From positions 1-64,000 of the forward strand of contig JAADGS010000074.1 of assembly GCA_013152275.1 (NCBI GenBank): a DNA stretch of 64,000 nucleotides, written 5' to 3'. Positions 1 to 10,784 of this stretch are shown here, piece by piece; position 1 is the stretch's first letter, and every line of letters begins with the position of its first letter. The position numbers and the translations under genes are program-made. Source of the DNA: Actinomycetota bacterium. Its GTDB lineage: Bacteria > Actinomycetota > Acidimicrobiia > Spongiisociales > UBA4744. The notes under the pieces are model-generated. The model worked only from the letters and a program-made list of their open reading frames with translations. It had not been told where the DNA came from and ran no database searches.

Positions 1-1026
1 GATGCCCTTCCCTGTCAGCAGAGCGATCCCGGCTCCGGTCACGAACAGGGCCGCGCCCGACAGAGCCATGCTCCATACGATCGCGATCGTTCCACCACCG
101 AAGAAGAACGGCGCCACCGGAACGATCGCCCCGAAGGCGAACAGGAAGAAGGACGTTCCGGCGGCCTCCCACGGATTCCCGCCCATCTCGTCGGGGTCGA
201 TGCCCAATTCCTCACGTGCGAGTGTGTTCAGCGCGGTCTCCTGATCCTGCATGATGTGCGCCGCGAGTTCCTTGGCCCTGTCCTCGGGAAGTCCCTTCGC
301 CTGATAGATCAGAGCGAGTTCTTCGGCCTCCTCTTCCGGCATCGCCTCCAGTTCCTCGGCTTCGATCTCCAACTGCCTTGTGGTCAGCTCGCGTGCGGAT
401 TGAACACTCAGCCATTCGCCGAGCGCCATGGACGCCGAACCGGCGAGCAGACCGGCCAGCCCTCCGATCAACACCGAGTCTCGAGAGAACGTTGCACCGG
501 CGACCCCCATGATCAGAGCCAGGTTCGACACGAGACCGTCGTTTGCACCCAGCACCGCCGCCCTGAGTGCGTTCCCACCTACGGTTCTGTGCCGCCCTTC
601 GATCCGGGCCAGGACACTGCCCTCGACACCCTTCGTTGCTTCACCCGCCAGGACGGAGAGAACACGTGCGTGTGATCGCTCGTCCGCCCGCATCCCCTCT
701 CCTTCGGTCTCGGGTTGTTCGTCGTACATCGTCTGGCCCGCCTTTTCGGATGCGGCCATCACACCGACGAGCACCTGCGGTCCGACCCTGCGAGCGAGCC
801 ACATGACCAGGCGAGCCTTCAGTGACGGTTTTGCTCGTGGCACGGCTTCGCCGACCGCCTGCAGGCGTTCCACCCAAAACGAAGCGTGCCGCTCCTCGGT
901 ATCGGCCAGCTTCCGATAGACCTCGGCCAGATGCGGATCCGTCTCGAGGTCGGCGAGGACGCGGTACTGGGCAGCCCCGTCGATCTCGTCCTGGTAGTTG
1001 TTCCGATAGCGGGCGGCATCATCCAT
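1..1026 (-). CDS. VIT1/CCC1 family iron/manganese transporter with N-terminal rubrerythrin/ferritin-like domain (3' end runs off window)
   Basis: Not in ORF track (no stop in window). Manual translation from ATG 1026: MDDAARYRNNYQDEIDGAAQYRVLA...EERHASFW...DERSHA (ExxH-type), then LRAAVLGANDGLVSNLALIMGVAG...SMALGEWLSVQS (VIT1 signature). TAGGCT 7 nt upstream of ATG. Confidence 0.9.
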   Translation of the reverse strand, partial: MDDAARYRNNYQDEIDGAAQYRVLADLETDPHLAEVYRKLADTEERHASFWVERLQAVGEAVPRAKPSLKARLVMWLARRVGPQVLVGVMAASEKAGQTMYDEQPETEGEGMRADERSHARVLSVLAGEATKGVEGSVLARIEGRHRTVGGNALRAAVLGANDGLVSNLALIMGVAGATFSRDSVLIGGLAGLLAGSASMALGEWLSVQSARELTTRQLEIEAEELEAMPEEEAEELALIYQAKGLPEDRAKELAAHIMQDQETALNTLAREELGIDPDEMGGNPWEAAGTSFFLFAFGAIVPVAPFFFGGGTIAIVWSMALSGAALFVTGAGIALLTGKGI

Positions 1027-1066
1027 GCCGATCAGCCTACCCGTGGGGATACCGTCCGGGCCCTGA

Positions 1067-2425
1067 TCAGCCCGGCGTGTCCGGCCCGGAATCCAGCCAG
1101 TCCTGCAGCTTGACGATCTGGTCTGCGACCTGTCTATCCAACCTGTGCCGCCGGACACTCCCACTCGAATCGAGCAAGTCCAGATCTTCCGGCCGGAACG
1201 ACTCGTGTGAGGAGATCAGCTCCTCGGCCGAGAGCGAAGACAGGTCCCTGCCCTGCGCCAGCAACCGGGCGACCAGTTCTCCGACCGATCGATGGGCTTC
1301 GCGAAACGGCACCCCCCGACCAACCAGCGCTTCGGCAAGATCCAGGGTCACAACCCACGACGATGGTTCCGGCGGATGGAACTCGGCACCTGCAAGCATT
1401 CCGGCCAGAACCTCCAGCGCACCGGCGAGCACGTCGTCGGCATGGAATACGGCCGCTTTGCCTTCCTGGAGATCCCGGTTGTAGGCCATCGGAAGACCCT
1501 TCTGGAGGACCAGAATCGCCGCCACGTCACCGATGACCCGTGCGCTCTTGCCGCGCACGAGTTCGGCGATGTCGGGATTCTTCTTCTGCGGCAGCGCCGA
1601 CGATCCCGTCGAGTACCTGTCCGAAAACGTCAGCCAATCGAACTCACTCGTCGCCCACAGCACGAGTTCCTCGGCCAGCCTCGACAGCGTCACCATCGAT
1701 TGCGCCACACAGAATGTGTACTCGGCCACGACGTCGCGAGAGCCGACGGCATCGATCGAATTGTCGAAGACCGCCGCCATGCCGAGCTCATCGGCGACTG
1801 CCTGCGGGTTCAACGGCAAACTGCTCCCCCCTGCTGCACCGGCTCCCAAGGGAGAAACGTCCAGCCTCGTCATCGCCCCACCGAAACGCTCCACATCTCT
1901 GCGAAGCATCCACGCATACGCGAGCAAGTGGTGGGCAAGCGGAATCGCCTGCGCCTGCTGCAGGTGTGTGTAGACGGGAACCACCGCGGCCCCGGCTTCT
2001 TCGGCCACCTGGACGAGCACACCCACCAGCGACCTGATCTGGCCGATCCGATCGAGAGCCGCCCGCTTCAGATACAGCCGCATGTCCAGCGCTATCTGAT
2101 CGTTGCGGGACCGCCCCGTGTGAAGCTTGCCGGCAACCGGGCCAAGGAGTTCGTGCAGACGCCGTTCAACGGCCGTGTGCACATCCTCGTCGGTGACGGC
2201 AAACACAAACCGGTCGCTCTCGGATTCCTCCAGAATCACATTCAGGCCTTCGACCAGCCGACCGGCCTGCTCGGAAGAGAGGATCCCAACTCTGCCGAGC
2301 ATCTTCACATGGGCAAGCGAACCCTCGATGTCGACGCCGAGAAGCCGCCGGTCTGCATGATCGACCGTGAACCGCCACATGGCTTCGTCGGGCGGCTCCT
2401 GAAACCGGCCTCCCCAAAGGGTCAC
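1067..2425 (-). CDS. argH: argininosuccinate lyase
   Basis: LWGGRF start, [27 protein letters not shown] signature; coupled to argG. Confidence 0.97.
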   Translation of the reverse strand: MTLWGGRFQEPPDEAMWRFTVDHADRRLLGVDIEGSLAHVKMLGRVGILSSEQAGRLVEGLNVILEESESDRFVFAVTDEDVHTAVERRLHELLGPVAGKLHTGRSRNDQIALDMRLYLKRAALDRIGQIRSLVGVLVQVAEEAGAAVVPVYTHLQQAQAIPLAHHLLAYAWMLRRDVERFGGAMTRLDVSPLGAGAAGGSSLPLNPQAVADELGMAAVFDNSIDAVGSRDVVAEYTFCVAQSMVTLSRLAEELVLWATSEFDWLTFSDRYSTGSSALPQKKNPDIAELVRGKSARVIGDVAAILVLQKGLPMAYNRDLQEGKAAVFHADDVLAGALEVLAGMLAGAEFHPPEPSSWVVTLDLAEALVGRGVPFREAHRSVGELVARLLAQGRDLSSLSAEELISSHESFRPEDLDLLDSSGSVRRHRLDRQVADQIVKLQDWLDSGPDTPG

Positions 2426-3627
2426 TCGCCCTCCCCGAGACGGTGCTCGGCGAGGGTACGCAGCCGCAGGCCCTGCAGGCGGATGAACCCGGCTGCGTCT
2501 GCCTGGTCGTACACGTCGTCCTCTTCGAAGGTCACCGTCGCCTGATCGTAGAGGGCGTACTTGTCCGATCGTCTTCCCTCCACGGTCACCTGCCCCTTGT
2601 ACAGCTTGAGGCGGGCCTCGCCGGATACACGAATCTGTATGTTGTCCATGAATGCCTGGAGCGCCTCACGTTCCGGAGCAAACCAGAATCCGTTGTACAC
2701 CATCTCCGCGTAACGAGGAACCAGTTCATCGCGCAGATGCGCCACCTCACGGTCGAGTGTGATCGACTCGACCGCCTTATGGGCATGCTGCAGGATCGTC
2801 CCGCCGGGCGTCTCATACACGCCTCTGCTCTTCATCCCCACGAAGCGGTTCTCCACGATGTCGACCCGCCCGATCCCGTGCCTGCCCCCGAGCTCATTCA
2901 TCCGAACGAGAAGATCGGTGGGCCCGAGGTCCTCTCCGTTCACCGCAACGGGGTCTCCCTCCCGATAGGTGATCGTCACCCACTCCGGATCATCGGGGGC
3001 GTCCTCGGGAGCAACGGTCATGCGAAACATCTCCTTGGACGGAGCCACCCACGGGTCTTCCAGAACTCCCCCTTCGTAGGAAATGTGCAGTATGTTGGCA
3101 TCCATGCTGTACGGCTTCTCCGGTGTCACCGGGATCGGAATGCCTCTGCTCTCCGCATAGGCCACCAGGTCGGCGCGACCCTTGAGCTTCCACTCTCTCC
3201 ACGGCGCGATCACACGAATGTCCGGCTTGAGAGCGTACGCGGAGAGTTCGAACCGAACCTGATCGTTTCCCTTCCCGGTGGCACCATGCGCTATCGCATC
3301 CGCCCCTGTGGCCTCGGCTACCTGAACCATCCCTTTGGCTATCACGGGACGGGCAAGCGAGGTCCCCAGCAGGTAGTACCACTCGTACACCGCGTTCGCA
3401 CGAAGTGCAGGGAACACATACTCACTGACGAATTCATCTCGAAGGTCTTCCGTGATCGCCTCCACGGCACCCGTTTGCAGTGCCTTCACACGGGCTTCTT
3501 CGACCTCTTCGCCCTGGCCGACATCTGCCGTGTATGCGATCACCTCGGCTCCGTACTCCTCAATCAGCCATGTGAGAATGATCGACGTGTCCAGTCCACC
3601 GGAGTACGCCAATACGACCTTCATCAT
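2422..3627 (-). CDS. argG: argininosuccinate synthase
   Basis: [37 protein letters not shown]. Confidence 0.98.
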   Translation of the reverse strand: MMKVVLAYSGGLDTSIILTWLIEEYGAEVIAYTADVGQGEEVEEARVKALQTGAVEAITEDLRDEFVSEYVFPALRANAVYEWYYLLGTSLARPVIAKGMVQVAEATGADAIAHGATGKGNDQVRFELSAYALKPDIRVIAPWREWKLKGRADLVAYAESRGIPIPVTPEKPYSMDANILHISYEGGVLEDPWVAPSKEMFRMTVAPEDAPDDPEWVTITYREGDPVAVNGEDLGPTDLLVRMNELGGRHGIGRVDIVENRFVGMKSRGVYETPGGTILQHAHKAVESITLDREVAHLRDELVPRYAEMVYNGFWFAPEREALQAFMDNIQIRVSGEARLKLYKGQVTVEGRRSDKYALYDQATVTFEEDDVYDQADAAGFIRLQGLRLRTLAEHRLGEGE

Positions 3628-4073
3628 CCAACTCCGATCTGTTCGAGTGTCTCGGCGAGCCGGCTCCCCCCACGTTGCTCATCCGTCACTATCAGTACCG
3701 TGTCATCTCCGGCGACCGTGCCAAGGACTCCGTCGAGGCCCGAACGGTCGATCGACCCGGCCACTACTTGAGCTGCACCCGGAGGCGTCTTCACCACAAC
3801 GAGATTGCCGCTTGCCCTGATTTCATTGGCGAATTCGGCCAGGACGCGGTCCAGGCCACCGTCGTCCCTCCGCACCGCCTGCAATGCATAGACGAACTCG
3901 TTCCCTTGCCCACGAACTTTCACCGCTCCGAGTTCCTTCAAATCCCGCGAAACGGTCGCCTGGGTCACCACGAATCCTTCGTCGATCAACAGGTCTGCCA
4001 GCTCGTGCTGGCTCTGCACGTCCCGAGTCGTGATGAGGCGACGAATCGCTCGCCTCCGCGCAGCAGTCTTCAT
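3624..4073 (-). CDS. argR: arginine repressor
   Basis: [29 protein letters not shown] Arg-binding motif. Confidence 0.97.
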   Translation of the reverse strand: MKTAARRRAIRRLITTRDVQSQHELADLLIDEGFVVTQATVSRDLKELGAVKVRGQGNEFVYALQAVRRDDGGLDRVLAEFANEIRASGNLVVVKTPPGAAQVVAGSIDRSGLDGVLGTVAGDDTVLIVTDEQRGGSRLAETLEQIGVG

Positions 4074-4082
4074 GATCCAACG

Positions 4083-4111
4083 ATCATACGCATATACGCA
4101 TGATCATGCAA
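4083..4111 (-). promoter_or_regulatory. sigma70-type promoter overlapping ARG box upstream of argR-argG-argH
   Basis: Minus strand TTGCAT-N17-TATGAT, 9 nt before the argR ATG; contains TGCATGATCATGCG, matching the TGCAT-N4-ATGCA ArgR operator. Confidence 0.8.
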
Positions 4112-4184
4112 TGCAGCCAGACGTCGGGGAGGAGCCCGCCGAGAACTGCTCACGTCATCGACCAGACTGCCGATACAGACTCTC

Positions 4185-5459
4185 ATGACCGTCATGACCC
4201 CGGGCTATGGTTGGTCCCTCTCGGACGATGGGCGACTCGTCGCCCTGTACTTGCGGATTCGAGTCTGGCTTTCTGCAAGCGCGGCCTTCCTCACGACGCT
4301 CATGTTCCTCTTGGCGAAAACGCCGGAAGCGGCGGGACTGGCCATTGCCGCCACCTTCCTCGCCATCCATGCACAGATCGGTCGTCGGCAGAACGACCGG
4401 CATGTGGTGAGGTCCGTGGTCGCCGACGCGACGGTGGTAGGTCTGACGCTGACCATCATCGCAATCCCCGCAGTGACGATCGCGGGACTGGCGTTTCTCC
4501 TCACCGTGTCGACCCTTCTCCTCTCGCGCCGTCATGCCATTCTCGCCTGGGTCTACGGGCTCGGCTGGGCCGCCCTATCCGTCTGGCAGACGAACAACCC
4601 GCGCTCCCTCCCCGACCCGATCCAGAAGCCTGCGGAGGCCACCGCCCTCTTCTTCTTCCTCGGAGGCCTCGCTGCGGCCGTGGCCGTCGTCACCAAGGCG
4701 CTTCGGCGCTCCGCCCACGAGCAGATCGAGACCCGAAAGACGATCGAGGTCCGAGAGCGGCAGCTTCGATCCTCCAACGCCAGACTGTCGGCTCTGGTTT
4801 CCTCGAAGGACCACTTCATCGCTTCCGTGTCGCACGAGCTGAGAACACCGCTCACGGCCGTCGTCGGCCTGGCAAGAGAACTCACCCAGCGAGAATTCCA
4901 GAGGGAGGAGCGGCTCGAGTTTCAGAACATCATCGCCATGCAGGCCAATGAAGTATCCAACATCGTCGAAGATCTCCTGGTTGCCGCCCGCAGGGACGTC
5001 GGAATCACCGTGCACCCGGAGCCCTGCCATCTCCCCGACATCATCCGCGTGGTCACATCTGCAATCCAAGTCCCCGTCGACGTCACCCTCGAAGATCATC
5101 TGGAGGCCTTCGCCGATCCACTCCGTCTTCGTCAGGTGATCCGCAACCTTCTCACCAACGCGCAGCGCTACGGAGGAGAGCACATCGAACTCCAAGCTGT
5201 ACACGACAATGGCACGATCAAGATCGAGGTTCGCGACGACGGGCCAGGTATCGAAGAAGGCGACACCGAACGAATCTTTCAGGCGTATGAAACCGCATCG
5301 ACAGCCGCCCAGCCCGCATCGGTCGGCCTCGGCCTCTCCGTCGCCCGCACACTCGCTCGTCTCATGGGCGGGGACGTTCGTCATCGTCGCGACTGCGGTT
5401 GGACCGTCTTCTCATTGGATATCCCGGCCGTCTCCACGAATGCCTCGACATCTGCGTAG
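4185..5459 (+). CDS. membrane sensor histidine kinase (HisKA + HATPase_c), orphan
   Basis: Several TM segments; SHELRTPL H-box, NLLTNA N-box, DDGPG, GLGL. No response regulator adjacent. Confidence 0.93.
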   Translation: MTVMTPGYGWSLSDDGRLVALYLRIRVWLSASAAFLTTLMFLLAKTPEAAGLAIAATFLAIHAQIGRRQNDRHVVRSVVADATVVGLTLTIIAIPAVTIAGLAFLLTVSTLLLSRRHAILAWVYGLGWAALSVWQTNNPRSLPDPIQKPAEATALFFFLGGLAAAVAVVTKALRRSAHEQIETRKTIEVRERQLRSSNARLSALVSSKDHFIASVSHELRTPLTAVVGLARELTQREFQREERLEFQNIIAMQANEVSNIVEDLLVAARRDVGITVHPEPCHLPDIIRVVTSAIQVPVDVTLEDHLEAFADPLRLRQVIRNLLTNAQRYGGEHIELQAVHDNGTIKIEVRDDGPGIEEGDTERIFQAYETASTAAQPASVGLGLSVARTLARLMGGDVRHRRDCGWTVFSLDIPAVSTNASTSA

Positions 5460-5626
5460 CGTCCCGACCGATGCCGGTGTGGTGACCGACGCCACCCTCT
5501 CCGGCCTCGAAAAACCCGAAGACACTCCCCCGACGCTCGGCAGAGCCCTCGCTGGAGGGGCAGACCGCCGGGCCCGCTCCTCGGAAGAGGAGATGCTTGA
5601 CTTCCTCCCGTAGACTCGGAGAGCCG

Positions 5627-7609
5627 ATGACACCCGAACGAACCGTCGCTCCATACGGAGCCTGGAAATCACCCATCTCCGCAGCATCGGTCGCTGCCGG
5701 ATCCGTCCATCTCGACGCGCCACTCATCGACGGTGCCCGGGTTCTCTGGCTGGCATCACGGCCCTCGGACGGAGGCCGAACCGTTGTGGTCGCCCGGCAG
5801 GGCAACGGAACGGTTCGAGATCTCACACCGGAGGGCTTCAACGTTCGCACTCGCGTTCACGAGTACGGGGGCGGAGCGTATCTCATCTCGGGAGAAGCGC
5901 TGTTCTTCTCGAACTGGGACGACCAACGCTTGTACCGCCAAGACCCGGGAGATCCACCGGTACCCATCACACCGAACCCCCCCACACCCGCTGCATGGCG
6001 TTACGCAGATGGCAGGCCGACACCCGACGGTCGATGGATCGTGTGCATACGCGAGCGTCACGAGTCCGGAGAAGTCGTCAACGAGTTGGTCCGGATTCCC
6101 ACCGATGGTTCCTCCGATCCCCAGATCCTCGTCGGTGGCCACGACTTCTTCTCGTCACCGCGCATCAACGGTGACGGAACCAGGATCGTATGGCTGAGTT
6201 GGGATCATCCGAACATGCCTTGGGACGGAACCGAGCTCTGGACCGCCGAACTACTTCCGGACGCCAGGCTTGGCACCCGAAGAAAGGTCTGCGGTGGGAT
6301 CAGCGAGTCGATCGTCCAGCCCGAGTGGGGTCCCGACGGATCGCTCTACTGGCTCTCCGATCAAACCGGTTACTGGAACCTGTACCGCGACAACCAACCT
6401 CTCGCGCCCGTCGATGCAGACTGCGCCGGTCCGGCATGGACGCTCGGACAGACGTACTTCGGGTTTCTCGACGCCCAGCGCATCGCCATGACGATCACAG
6501 AGTCCGGCTTCGATCACGTCGTCCTTCTCAGACCCGATGGAAGCCATACTCGCCTGGATCTCCCCGCCGGTACCCATCGGGGCCGCCTCGTCACAGATGG
6601 GAAGGACACCATTGTGGTGATCTCCGGGTCGTCTTCATCTCTCGACACGGTTCGCAAGATCGACGCCACCACGGGTGAGACCGAACTCCTCACGTCTGCG
6701 GGTTCTCTCGATCCGGCGTACGTCTCGGTGGCACAACCGATCAAGTTCATCACCGATGACGGGCCTGCACATGCCTTCTTCTACCCGCCGGCCAATGCCG
6801 ATTTCGAAGGACCGGACGGGGAGTTACCGCCTCTGGTGGTCTTCAGCCATGGAGGTCCAACCGGGGCAGCACGGCCGGATCTCAATCCGACGATCCAGTT
6901 CTTCACGAGCCGCGGCATGGCCATCGTCGACGTCAACTACGGCGGCAGCACCGGATACGGCCGAGCGTACCGACAGCGCCTGCGTGGAACATGGGGAATC
7001 GTCGACACGCGTGACTGCGCCGCAGCAGCGCGCCACCTCGTGTCGAAAGGTCTCGTAGACGGAGATCGCATGGCCATCAGGGGTGCAAGCGCCGGCGGTT
7101 TCACGACGCTGTCGGCGCTGACCTTTCATGACATGTTCCAAGTCGGTGCCAGCTACTACGGCGTCGCGGATCTCGAAGCTCTTGCTCGTGACACCCACAA
7201 GTTCGAAGCGAGGTACCTGGATACCCTCATCGGACCGTATCCACGGTACGCAGGGATCTACCGTCAGCGTTCGCCGATCCACTTCACGGACCGCCTCTCC
7301 TGTCCCATCATCCTCTTCCAGGGACTGGAGGACCAGGTTGTGCCTCCGGCACAGGCCGAAGCCATGGTCGCGGCGTTGAAGAAGCGCGGGATACCGTACG
7401 CGTACGTGACCTTCAGGGGGGAACAGCATGGATTCCGGCAGGCAAAGCACATCGCCCAGGCACTGAACGATGAGATCTCGTTCTACGGACAGGCCCTCGG
7501 ATTCACCCCGACGGATATCCCTTTGCTGCTCAGACAGAACGTGACGACGAATCCACCGCAGAAGCGAAGCGGCCGATGGCGAGGTCAACGTGCCTGGCCT
7601 CGATCGTGA
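5627..7609 (+). CDS. S9 (prolyl oligopeptidase family) peptidase
   Basis: APYGAWKSPI N-terminus, HGGPT, GASAGG nucleophile motif, D (LEDQVV) and H (EQHGFR) of the triad. 3' end overlaps argD 3' end by 80 nt. Confidence 0.93.
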   Translation: MTPERTVAPYGAWKSPISAASVAAGSVHLDAPLIDGARVLWLASRPSDGGRTVVVARQGNGTVRDLTPEGFNVRTRVHEYGGGAYLISGEALFFSNWDDQRLYRQDPGDPPVPITPNPPTPAAWRYADGRPTPDGRWIVCIRERHESGEVVNELVRIPTDGSSDPQILVGGHDFFSSPRINGDGTRIVWLSWDHPNMPWDGTELWTAELLPDARLGTRRKVCGGISESIVQPEWGPDGSLYWLSDQTGYWNLYRDNQPLAPVDADCAGPAWTLGQTYFGFLDAQRIAMTITESGFDHVVLLRPDGSHTRLDLPAGTHRGRLVTDGKDTIVVISGSSSSLDTVRKIDATTGETELLTSAGSLDPAYVSVAQPIKFITDDGPAHAFFYPPANADFEGPDGELPPLVVFSHGGPTGAARPDLNPTIQFFTSRGMAIVDVNYGGSTGYGRAYRQRLRGTWGIVDTRDCAAAARHLVSKGLVDGDRMAIRGASAGGFTTLSALTFHDMFQVGASYYGVADLEALARDTHKFEARYLDTLIGPYPRYAGIYRQRSPIHFTDRLSCPIILFQGLEDQVVPPAQAEAMVAALKKRGIPYAYVTFRGEQHGFRQAKHIAQALNDEISFYGQALGFTPTDIPLLLRQNVTTNPPQKRSGRWRGQRAWPRS

Positions 7610-8720
7610 GAGGCGGCGTGAACCGGACGGCGTCCGCTCTCACCGCATTGACGACCAGCCCCTCCCCCAGGGCCGCCTCCGCCACACTCGCCGCGTTCGC
7701 CTGATCGAGCACTGCCGCGAGAAACAACCCCCGGCCACGCACCGCACGTACGCCTCGGATTGCCGAAAGCCCGGCTCGTAGTTGCGCCGAGCGGGTGACA
7801 CAGTTCTCCCGCAGATCTCGAGAATCGATTTCGTCGAGCACCGCGAGTCCGGCCACACACACGACCGGGCCGCCCCCGAACGTCGTGGCATGATCCCCGT
7901 ACTCGAACGCTTCGGCCACACCGCTGCGTGCAAGGCATGCACCGATCGGAAGCCCATTTGCGAGCCCCTTGGCGACGGTGGCGATGTCCGGCTCGAATCC
8001 CAGCGACTGCCACGAGAACCACGTGCCCGTTCTTCCGACACCGGCCTGCACGTCGTCGACGATCATGGCGGCACCCGAGACGTCGCACAGATGTCGAACC
8101 GACCGGAGATAGCGCTCATCGAGCGGGATCACTCCTCCCTCCCCTTGGATGGTCTCGATCATCACCGCGGCGGTGTTCGGCCCCATGGCGGCGGCGAGCG
8201 CATCGATATCCCCGGGAGGAACTTGTCGAAAGCCGGCCGGCAGAGGCTGGAACGTCGCCTGTTTGGACGGCTGACCCGTCGCTGCGAGCGTTGCCAGCGT
8301 ACGGCCGTGAAAGGAACCGTCGAGCGTCACGATCTCGAACGCTTCCGGACCCTTACGCTTCTGCGCCCACCTGCGTGCAAGCTTGATGGCGCACTCGTTG
8401 GCAGTCGCTCCGTCGTTGGCGAAGAACACCCGGTCAAGCCCGGAGAGCTCGGTCAAACGTTCGGCGAGTAGCACCTGAGGCTCGGTGTAGAAGAGGTTCG
8501 ACACGTGGACGAGCGTTCCCATCTGCCGGTCGACCGCTGCCCGTATTCGTGGGTTGGCATGGCCCACGACCGTCACGGCCAGACCGGCCAGACAGTCGAG
8601 GTAGCGACGGCCCTCATCGTCGATCAGCCATACGCCCTCACCGCGTGTGAAGACAACGGAATGGCGTCGGTAGGTCTGCAGCACGACTTCTGCCTCTCGA
8701 CGGTGCAGCGCTTCAGACAT
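7530..8720 (-). CDS. argD: acetylornithine aminotransferase
   Basis: SFHGRT, ETIQGEGG, DDVQAGVGRTG, AKGLANG PLP lysine; operon context. Confidence 0.95.
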   Translation of the reverse strand: MSEALHRREAEVVLQTYRRHSVVFTRGEGVWLIDDEGRRYLDCLAGLAVTVVGHANPRIRAAVDRQMGTLVHVSNLFYTEPQVLLAERLTELSGLDRVFFANDGATANECAIKLARRWAQKRKGPEAFEIVTLDGSFHGRTLATLAATGQPSKQATFQPLPAGFRQVPPGDIDALAAAMGPNTAAVMIETIQGEGGVIPLDERYLRSVRHLCDVSGAAMIVDDVQAGVGRTGTWFSWQSLGFEPDIATVAKGLANGLPIGACLARSGVAEAFEYGDHATTFGGGPVVCVAGLAVLDEIDSRDLRENCVTRSAQLRAGLSAIRGVRAVRGRGLFLAAVLDQANAASVAEAALGEGLVVNAVRADAVRFTPPLTIEARHVDLAIGRFASAVDSSSRSV

Positions 8721-9621
8721 CGTCGAACCGATGGATCATCGTCCCGATACCTTCCGGTGTGAAGATCTCGAGAAGGAGCGCATGCTGGATCCGTCCATCG
8801 AGGATGTGGGCTCGGTGGATTCCTGCCTCCATCGCCGTTACGCAGGAGGCCAACTTCGGAAGCATCCCACCGCGCACGGTCCCGGAGCCGATGAGATCCT
8901 TCAGCTGCGCGAGGGTCAACCGCCGAAGAACCCCCTCCTGCATCTCGTGATCCCTGTACACGCCTTCGACATCGGTGAGATACACGAGCTTCTCCGCCCT
9001 GAGCGCCGCCGCGATCGCCCCTGCCGCCGTATCCGCATTGACGTTGTACACCCTTCCGTCCTTCTCGCTCCTGCCGAGCGGCGCCACAACCGGGACGAAG
9101 CCTGCATCGAGCATGTCCTCGAGGACACCGGGATTCACGCGCTCGATCTCACCGACGAGGCCCAGACGCTCATCCTTTGCGTGCACGGACAGCATCCTTC
9201 CATCGATGCCCGTGACTCCCACGGCCTTCGCCTCGTGCCCGGTCAACAGCCGAACGATGTCCGGATTCACGACGCCGGCGAGGATGGACTGGACCACCTC
9301 CAGCGTCTCCTCGTCGGTGACGCGAAGCCCATCGATCCAAGCGGTCTCGACGCCGGCCCGGCGAAGCGCCTTGGTGATCTGTGGTCCACCTCCATGAACG
9401 ATGACCGGCCGAATCCCCACCGTCGAAAGAAGGGTGACGTCACCGGCGAAACTCTGCCGAAGGATCTCGTCGTCCATCGCGGAACCGCCGTACTTGATGA
9501 CGACCGTCTTGCCGCGATACTCCTGGATGTACGGCATCGCCTCCATCAAGATCCTGGCCTTCGCCATCGTGACGGCGATCACCGGCCTCTCCACATTCGG
9601 TGCGCTGTGACCCGTGGCCAT
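8713..9621 (-). CDS. argB: acetylglutamate kinase
   Basis: IKYGGSAM, VHGGGPQI, GLRVTD, NVNADTAA, GGMLPKL. Start set at ATG 9621 (TGATG overlap with argJ stop). Confidence 0.96.
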   Translation of the reverse strand: MATGHSAPNVERPVIAVTMAKARILMEAMPYIQEYRGKTVVIKYGGSAMDDEILRQSFAGDVTLLSTVGIRPVIVHGGGPQITKALRRAGVETAWIDGLRVTDEETLEVVQSILAGVVNPDIVRLLTGHEAKAVGVTGIDGRMLSVHAKDERLGLVGEIERVNPGVLEDMLDAGFVPVVAPLGRSEKDGRVYNVNADTAAGAIAAALRAEKLVYLTDVEGVYRDHEMQEGVLRRLTLAQLKDLIGSGTVRGGMLPKLASCVTAMEAGIHRAHILDGRIQHALLLEIFTPEGIGTMIHRFDDV

Positions 9622-10784
9622 CAGGACCGCTCCCCGTTGAATCGCACATACTCCGGCGTCAGATCCGTAGTCAACACTTCCGCCCTGCCAGGACCATCCC
9701 CGATCCGCACCGAAACGGTGAAGTCGCCGCCGGTCAGACTGCCGGCAACCACCGCATCGTCGAAGGGCACGCCCGTGCCCGCGCTCGCGACCAGATACTC
9801 GCCAAAGAGGATTTCGACGCGCTCCGGATCGAATGCTGCATCCGAAACTCCGAGAGCGGCGACGATACGGCCCCAGTTCGGGTCGCCGCCGTAGAACGAA
9901 GCCCTCACCAGAGCGCTGTCCGCGATCGTCATACCTGCGTTGCGAGCCTCGGCATCGTCGACCGCTCCCGATACCCTGATCGTGACGACCCTCGATGCGC
10001 CTTCCGCGTCCTGAGCGATCTTCAACGCCAAGTCCTTGCATGCGTCCGCCAGCACTTCGCCGAATGCCTTGCTGCTCGGCCGCCGTCCGCTCGCCCCTGA
10101 AGCGAGAACGACCACGGTGTCATTGGTCGACGTGCAACCGTCGATGTTGACCGAATTGAACGACACGTCGACGGCCTCACGAAGAGCCGTCCCGAGTGTT
10201 GCGGGATCGATCTCTGCATCGGTCGTCAACACGGCGAGCATCGTCGCCATGTCGGGACGGAGCATGCCGGCACCCTTCGCCATCCCCCCGACGAGGTATC
10301 CCACGCCTTGACGCACCGTCTGCTTGGAGGCCGTGTCCGTGGTCATGATCGCCTCCGCTGCGAGGCCGGCGTGCCGATTGCTGCTGCCGCTCGTCGCAAG
10401 GAGACGAACGATGCCGTCACGCACGCGTTCGACGGGAAGCTGCGGTCCGATCGGTCCCGTCGAGCACGGCATCACGTCCTCCGGGCTGCACCCGAGAGCT
10501 TGTGCCACGGTGCGAGTGGTGGCGAGCGCCGCCTCCATTCCCGCGGTGCCCGTCGCTGCATTGGCACATCCCGAGTTCAGTAGAACGGCGCGAAGCCGAC
10601 CATCTGCGACACGACGCCTCGCGAGGATGACCGGAGGTGCCGCCGTTCGCGATCTCGTGAAGACCGCTGCGGCGGGTACCGGAGCTTCTGCCATCACGAT
10701 GGCCAGGTCCGGACCGCCGTTTCCCTTGATGCCGGCAGCAATCCCGCCGGCGCTGAAGCCAAGCGGCACGGTAACGCCGCTCAT
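9621..10784 (-). CDS. argJ: bifunctional ornithine acetyltransferase / N-acetylglutamate synthase
   Basis: NSGCANAATG, AKGAGMLRPDMATML autoproteolysis site, STNDT, DPNWGRI. Start ATG 10784 overlaps argC stop. Confidence 0.96.
   Translation of the reverse strand: MSGVTVPLGFSAGGIAAGIKGNGGPDLAIVMAEAPVPAAAVFTRSRTAAPPVILARRRVADGRLRAVLLNSGCANAATGTAGMEAALATTRTVAQALGCSPEDVMPCSTGPIGPQLPVERVRDGIVRLLATSGSSNRHAGLAAEAIMTTDTASKQTVRQGVGYLVGGMAKGAGMLRPDMATMLAVLTTDAEIDPATLGTALREAVDVSFNSVNIDGCTSTNDTVVVLASGASGRRPSSKAFGEVLADACKDLALKIAQDAEGASRVVTIRVSGAVDDAEARNAGMTIADSALVRASFYGGDPNWGRIVAALGVSDAAFDPERVEILFGEYLVASAGTGVPFDDAVVAGSLTGGDFTVSVRIGDGPGRAEVLTTDLTPEYVRFNGERS

Noticed and set aside
1292..3771. Long antisense ORFs (e.g. 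1292-2545, 2443-3771; likewise 25065-26612, 51240-53429)
   Set aside because: Shadow frames of well-supported genes in high-GC DNA, with no motifs of their own.
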